This document shows positions 57,972 through 64,000 of a stretch of 64,000 bases of DNA, piece by piece; position 1 is the first letter of the stretch, and every line of letters starts with the position of its first letter. The notes beneath the pieces were generated by a model. That model saw nothing but the letters and a program-made list of their open reading frames with translations, was not told where the DNA came from and did no database searches. The translations under genes were made by a program, and so were the position numbers. This stretch comes from Octopus vulgaris (taxonomy: Eukaryota): contig OX597822.1 of the NCBI GenBank assembly GCA_951406725.2, positions 64,790,001 to 64,854,000 of the forward strand, written 5' to 3'.

Positions 57972-58306
57972 CCTTCCCATGCACAAGTCCAAGCAAGGTT
58001 GTTTATGGAAGACCAGCAGTCGCCCATGCATACCGGCCTCCCCTCCCCACGCCTCCAGTGTTATCCAGGTGAAAGGCAAAGGCCGATACAGCTTGGCACC
58101 TGAGACGTCGCAACTCATTTCTACAGCTGAGTGAACTGGAGCAACATGAAATTAACTGTCTTGCTCAAGAACACAACACGCAGCCTGGTCCGGGATTCGA
58201 GCTCATAATCTCACGATCGACGCTCTTTCCACTGCTCGACGCTCTTTCCACTGCTCGACGCTCTTTCCACTGCTCGACGCTCTTTCCACTGAGCCATACG
58301 CCTTCA
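57972..58306 (-). mobile_element. SINE family G with 4x 19-bp duplication in its head
   Basis: TCGACGCTCTTTCCACTG repeated at ~58217-58291. Confidence 0.85.
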
Positions 58307-58311
58307 CAGAC

Positions 58312-58355
<44 letters not shown>

Positions 58356-58584
58356 ATAAGATGGTTAATTTAAATTAAATAACGATCTTATCAAATGGCC
58401 AGCATGGAAATAAAAACCTTCAAAGGTAATAATTATTATTAAAATTATAATTTAGAGTATCTACGAGATACCGCCATGCTGGAAATACCAGCCAGAACCT
58501 AACTCTAAAACCACATTAAATGTTCATACAGCACAAGGAGAGAAGACAAAAAGACAAAATAAAAGTACCAAAATTTACTGGATA

Positions 58585-58643
58585 ATTCCAGATCCCGGAT
58601 TTCTGACTTTGCATTTAGAAATTCTTTGCCTCATCAGTGGAAT
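58585..58643 (-). ncRNA. Type I hammerhead ribozyme motif with canonical core
   Basis: AUUCCA-CUGAUGA-GGC..GUC-A-GAAA-UCCGGGA-UC-UGGAAU; 6-bp stem I; near-palindromic stem III. Confidence 0.7.
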
Positions 58644-59008
58644 ATACGCAGAAAGTAACATAAATACACACATATGTACATACAACATACGAATACTTAC
58701 ATATACGAACGTATACATACACACACACACATACACACATACACACACACACACACACATATATATATTTAATAAATAAAACATATGCATACATACATAT
58801 ATGTAGATACCTACATCTATATGTATATATACATGCATATATGAGTACAGGACACCACAAATAAAGATAGAACACAACGAGAAACGAAAACATAAAACCA
58901 AACGAGGAAACGGACTTTTTTTTAACAACGAAAAAACAGAGTACAAGACAAACAACACAAGGACATTCCCCTTCTTCAGCTGCCCTTGTTTCGACTCATT
59001 GCGTGTTT

Positions 59009-59081
<73 letters not shown>

Positions 59082-60545
59082 GTTTTATAAATGGAGATAT
59101 ATAGAAAAAATAAAGAAAGAAGGAGTGTGTGTGCTAAAGAAAGAAATGTTTTGTTCATATAGAAATCTGAATGCGAAGAAAGAATTTCAGCAAATATTTA
59201 TTACGTACTTACAGGTTATTTCGAAAGAGTTAAATCAGGAATGTAACTTAGTGCTTCCCAACAGGTGTTCGTGTACTCTTAGGTATCAGTCGAGAATAAA
59301 AAAGACACACAATGAAAATCAAAAGTTATTGGTAGCAGGCCAAAATACTTGAAATACAGAAAATATCTGACATGCATAGCACAAGTTGTTTCTTCATCAC
59401 GGCTAAAGTAATATTTGGTTGTGGTACAACAGGTCGAAGCTGCCCACGCCTTAAATCTACAGAGGGTAAAAAAAACTTATAGTGGAATGAGACAATTCTC
59501 AACAACTAATGAAAACGATGTTCTGCATACATTCTTAGCACTGTGCGCGAGGCACCTTCTGACATTACGCAAACCACAAATATTAATCTGTGCGCTAAAA
59601 CCAGTGGAGCAACCGTCTCCGCTGTTACTCTAACTGATGCATGTAAACTTGAACCGAAATGCTGACAAAACTCCATTCACTGTTCCCGCTTATCAGGACG
59701 CCAGAGATGCGACTATTATTTTTATCTTCAAGAGAGTGTGACATAAATCATACGAGAAGTACAGAAGAATCTTACTTGTGTTGGTTGCATTAAAAACTCG
59801 GGCCTTGTGGCTATAGAAGGAAGGATTATATATATATATGTGTGTGTGTACGTGTGTGTGTATGAGAGAGAGAGATTGAGTGCGAGAGAGTGAATGCGTG
59901 TGTCTGTATGCATGTATGCACACACACTCAGACACACACACACATACACCAAAAAATTTACCAAACTTGTTAGTTAAATGGATCTCCGTCGATTGTGACA
60001 ATGAGCATTCCAGTTGTTGTCCTAATTTTTGAATAATCATTGTTGAGTGTTCCGTACTTCTAGCCTTCAAAATATCCTCAGTCAGACGTAGATCCTGCAA
60101 ATCTTTTGCCCATCAAATCTTTTACATATTACAAAGTTTCGCTTTATCTTTGGTTTATTATAGACAAAGGGTGCCTTATATTCATTTTCATTTTATCTAG
60201 TTTCGGCTCACGAGCTGTGACCATGCTGGGGCACCGCCATTATATGTTACGAGATTCAGTATGAAATTCGCTACAATTCATTATTATAACATTTGACATC
60301 GAAATTTTTCTTCTTTCCTTCGCATTGCTTTCTCCGCATATGATTTTGTTATCTTTTCGGTGTCGCTAGCATTACAGATTTTTCGCCAATTGTGTGAGAT
60401 ATATTGTGTATTTTTGAATTAATTATATGAAGCTTCATACGATGCTCGGAAGTATTTTTCTGGAACCAATGGCTGTTTTGTTTTTTTTTAAAATTTTTCA
60501 CGGACTTTGAAATATGCTAGAAATATTTTCAAAATGAATAAATAT

Positions 60546-60718
60546 AGGCGTAGGAGTGGCTGTGTAGTAAGTAGCTTGCTCACCAACCACATGTATCAGC
60601 GTTCAGTCCCACTGCGTGGCACCTTGGCCAAGTGTCTTCTACTATAGCCTTGGGCCGACCAATGCCTTGTGAGTGGATTTGGTAGACGGAAACTGAAAGA
60701 AGACCCTCGTATATATGC

Positions 60719-60781
<63 letters not shown>

Positions 60782-61010
60782 GTGTGTGTGTATATGTTTG
60801 CGTGTCAGTGTTTGTCTCCCCAACATCGCTTGACAACCGATGCTGGTGTGTTTACGTCCCCGTAACTTAGCGGTTCAGCAAAAAGAGACCGATAGAATAA
60901 GTACTAGCCTTACAAAGAATAAGTCCTGCGGTCGATTTGCTTGACTAAAGGTGGTGCTCCAGCATGGCCACAGTCAAATGACTGAAACAAGAAAAGAGTA
61001 AAAGAGTAAA
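60546..61010 (+). mobile_element. SINE family A, full length
   Basis: GGCGTAGGAGTGGCTGTG head, internal (TA)n, tail AAAAGAGTAAAAGAGT. Confidence 0.9.
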
Positions 61011-61527
61011 AATAAAGCAAAAATAAAAATGCTAAAGGTTTACTTGTATAGGAATAATGTCTAAAAGTATGAAGTCTTTATAATTTGGCAGGTTTCGTGC
61101 ATTCATTTCCAAAATATTCGCTTGCTAAATAAGCAGACAGGAAAGCACAGTTCATATCTTAGAGCAATCGATAGTGCTAAAAAAAAAAAAAACTCCTTTC
61201 ATTTCCTCTTTTTTTCTTTTCTTTTTTTACAGAATTACTCAGCTTCTAGAGTTTGAGGGAATATTATTCCAAACTTACAGGGAAATATTCAATTTAGAAA
61301 TACTAAATCAAATTTTACAAAATATAATGAATTGATAAAAGGTGATTTTTTTTTCTAATTTATATATATATATATATATAAAATATTAAAAAAATAATTG
61401 TAAAAAAACTTAAAAGGATAACTAACTTTAGTGACGACAAATATATTTTTGTAGATATCTAATATATAATAACCTTTCAAATTTAAATATTAAAGAAAAA
61501 AACATTTAAAAAAATTATTTCTTCACT

Positions 61528-62082
61528 ACTTTCAGCCAGAACCTGAGGCCATTCTGGGTCATCGCCTTTTAATGTGATTGGTCTTCTCTCCTGTATTGTG
61601 TCTGGAGAAGTAGCGAGTTGGATGGAACTGCTCTCCTTTCTGTCCCTTGTGGCGATGTGGGCTCATCTGTTATCTCAGAGAAGAATTTGTCCCGGCGTTC
61701 CCTGAACACCTCCACTTCTACACCTTTCAGATCTCAGAGATTGTTTTGGTAGAAACTTGAATAGTCATGGGTTCTTGAAGCCCATGTTGTTACAGCACTG
61801 GGTCCTTATTCCAGAGAGAGAAAATTAAATCTTTTGGACTGTTTGTGCCGCCCAGTTCGGGGGCTGGTAGAATTTTCAGTTCCACAGTTGAGAGTTAGAC
61901 CTTCCAGGATTTTCCGTACGAATATCACTGTATGTATTTCTCGTCTTTCTTGTTGGGACTACATCTTCAGTTCTTTTAGACTCTCCCAGTAGCTCATCTG
62001 TTGCACCGAGTCAATCTTTGTGTAGTGGCGCTGGATTGCTGCCTGTTCCGTCTCCAATTTGACACTCTGCGGTGACCACACT
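61528..62082 (-). mobile_element. Diverged CR1-like LINE 3' fragment
   Basis: WSPQ..IQR..MSYWERLKELKM..ILEG..DLKGVEVEVF..DEP..SNSLL and a similar tail. Confidence 0.7.
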
Positions 62083-62128
62083 TAAGCTTGTAAATGAAAA
62101 TAGAAAAGGTAAAAACAAAATAAACACC

Positions 62129-62419
62129 GGATCTTTTCCCTTTGAACGGCAGATTGAGAAATTGATTTTTTTTAACTAAACACTTTCAAACTTCGGACAC
62201 TGGTAGAATGTGTCATATAAAACATCTTTTACTCTTAGTGTTGTTGAGAAAAATTTATATGTTCTAAGTTTTTTCGTGTTAAAATTGTCGTATTTCTGTA
62301 ATTTCAACCAATCAACGACGTGTATTCAGCTGAATAAAGTTCTACCAGTGTTCGAAGTTTGAAAATGTTTAGTTATATTTAATTAATTTCTCGATCTGCC
62401 GTTCAAAGGGTAAAGATCC
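62129..62419. mobile_element. MITE with ~80-bp TIRs and 8-bp TSD (Merlin-like)
   Basis: GGATCTTTTCCCTTTGAACGGCAGAT / ATCTGCCGTTCAAAGGGTAAAGATCC; TSD TAAACACC at 62121-28 and 62420-27. Confidence 0.85.
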
Positions 62420-63682
62420 TAAACACCATTATGTCACTACTTTTTAATTTTACGTGTAAATTAATTACAATCTTATCCTAGTTAAGTTTTCACTGAATGG
62501 GTCTCATTCAGTATCTGTCCTTTGCAGTCCATTCAGAAAGCACAGTATGAAATACTATGGATGAAAATCGCACTCGATACCTAATGATAGCAAAGCGATC
62601 GTCATAACCACATATGTGATATATATACATTCAAACGTAATTTTGCTTTTGTACATAGATATTTAAATACATTCACAGATACATGCACAAACCTAAACAT
62701 ACATACTAAAAGACCAGCTGATACATACTTTACAAATACAACTCGGTAGCGGAACAGAAAAACTATGAAAAACTTCTTTGAAGTTTAACATGTATGTTAA
62801 AACTAGTGATTTTGTCGTCCAAATTCCAGCGATGGATCTGTGTTTTTTTGTGAGAGTGCGGCTCTTTCTTTAGAAGAATTCAAGTAATTGAAAACCTAAA
62901 GAAATACAGCCGTCCATCCATACATACATAGAAGCACTCTCACACACATAATCAGAAACTATCATAGAACCGACAGAATTTAGTCACGTTTTATCATTGC
63001 ACAAGACATCTCTCTACTTTCTTCATAGAGGAATAAATCTCTTAAAGTTCTTCGCATTTCCACCCTTCCAAGGAAAGATATAGCTGATTCTGACCGTTTA
63101 CTGTGTCATTCTGTGATTCCTTGTAAAGATTTCTCGACACACCTTCCTCCAAATTCGCTGTATTATCGCCAAATGTCTCAAAATGTCTGACATTATATAT
63201 TTTTTCCCTTTTATCGTTAGCAGCCGACATTCTCTTGATATGTTATTTTTTTCGTTCTTCTTTATCCACTGTTGCTCTCTTCCTCCTCACATTTTATCCC
63301 TCCTCGTCTCCCCTTTTCTTTTTAGTTTTTTCCCCTTTAAATGTTTCCCTGCGTGTCTTTTTTATTCTTAGTTTTTTTTATTTCTTTACCTGTGTATCAC
63401 TCTCCACTCTGTCTCTGGTAACTTATCACTCTTACTCTTTCTCTTCACCGCTTACTTTTTGTCTCTCTCTCTCTCTCTATCTTTCTCTGTCACTTATTCG
63501 AAATCTCATTCACCTTATATATCTCACCTATCTATTGTCACTCGTTTATCCCCTTCACTTCTATCTACCATTCACACTATAGTCTTACCCATTTATTAAA
63601 TTTATTAACGTTCTTCCTCTTTTCTAAACCTATCACTATCTCCCTGTCTCTGCTTGTGTCTGTCTGTCTGTACCACTCTTTC

Positions 63683-63722
<40 letters not shown>

Positions 63723-63881
63723 TCATTCTTTCTTTCTTTCTCTTTTTCCATTTTTCCTCTCTCTCTCTCCCTCTCTCTCAATCTCTTACACACTATCCTC
63801 CATTGCCTTTTTACTTTGGCTTCGAAAATATCTATAACTACAACCACTACTCTTCCTCCTCTCCTTGACTGTCTCTCTCTC

Positions 63882-64000
<119 letters not shown>

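Noticed and set aside
59400-60110. Possible minus-strand hAT transposase relic (CLAH motif)
   Set aside because: Too degenerate to support by eye; needs tBLASTn/HMM search
63042-63190. Possible minus-strand terminal coding exon (HFETFGDNTANLEEGV...)
   Set aside because: Weak acceptor and no recognisable homology

Overview
Repeat-saturated, AT-rich animal genomic DNA, most likely octopus or another coleoid cephalopod (inferred from the tRNA-derived SINE families and extreme microsatellite density). No intact host protein-coding gene is evident, and nearly all ORF-track entries are translations of microsatellites. The window holds four SINE families, decayed mariner/Tc1, hAT, Helitron and Merlin-like DNA transposons, and 3' fragments of CR1-, Tx1- and RLE-type LINEs. 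The main discovery is a ~3-kb array (15217-18232) of a 588-bp non-coding unit: 4 full direct copies, a partial copy and one inverted copy, inserted into the (TA)n tract of a SINE. Each of the 4 full units and the inverted copy encodes a type I hammerhead ribozyme with a palindromic stem III, a ~60-nt stem II and a CCGAUGA core variant. This is a candidate retrozyme or Penelope-dependent circular-RNA element. Several other hammerhead-like repeat families occur in the window, including one fused to a tRNA-like SINE head. Also notable: an ORF1(gag)-only Tx1-like element, and retroelements each sitting in their own microsatellite type (TA, AAT, ATCT, CATA). All structures were read by eye; no folding or database search was run.
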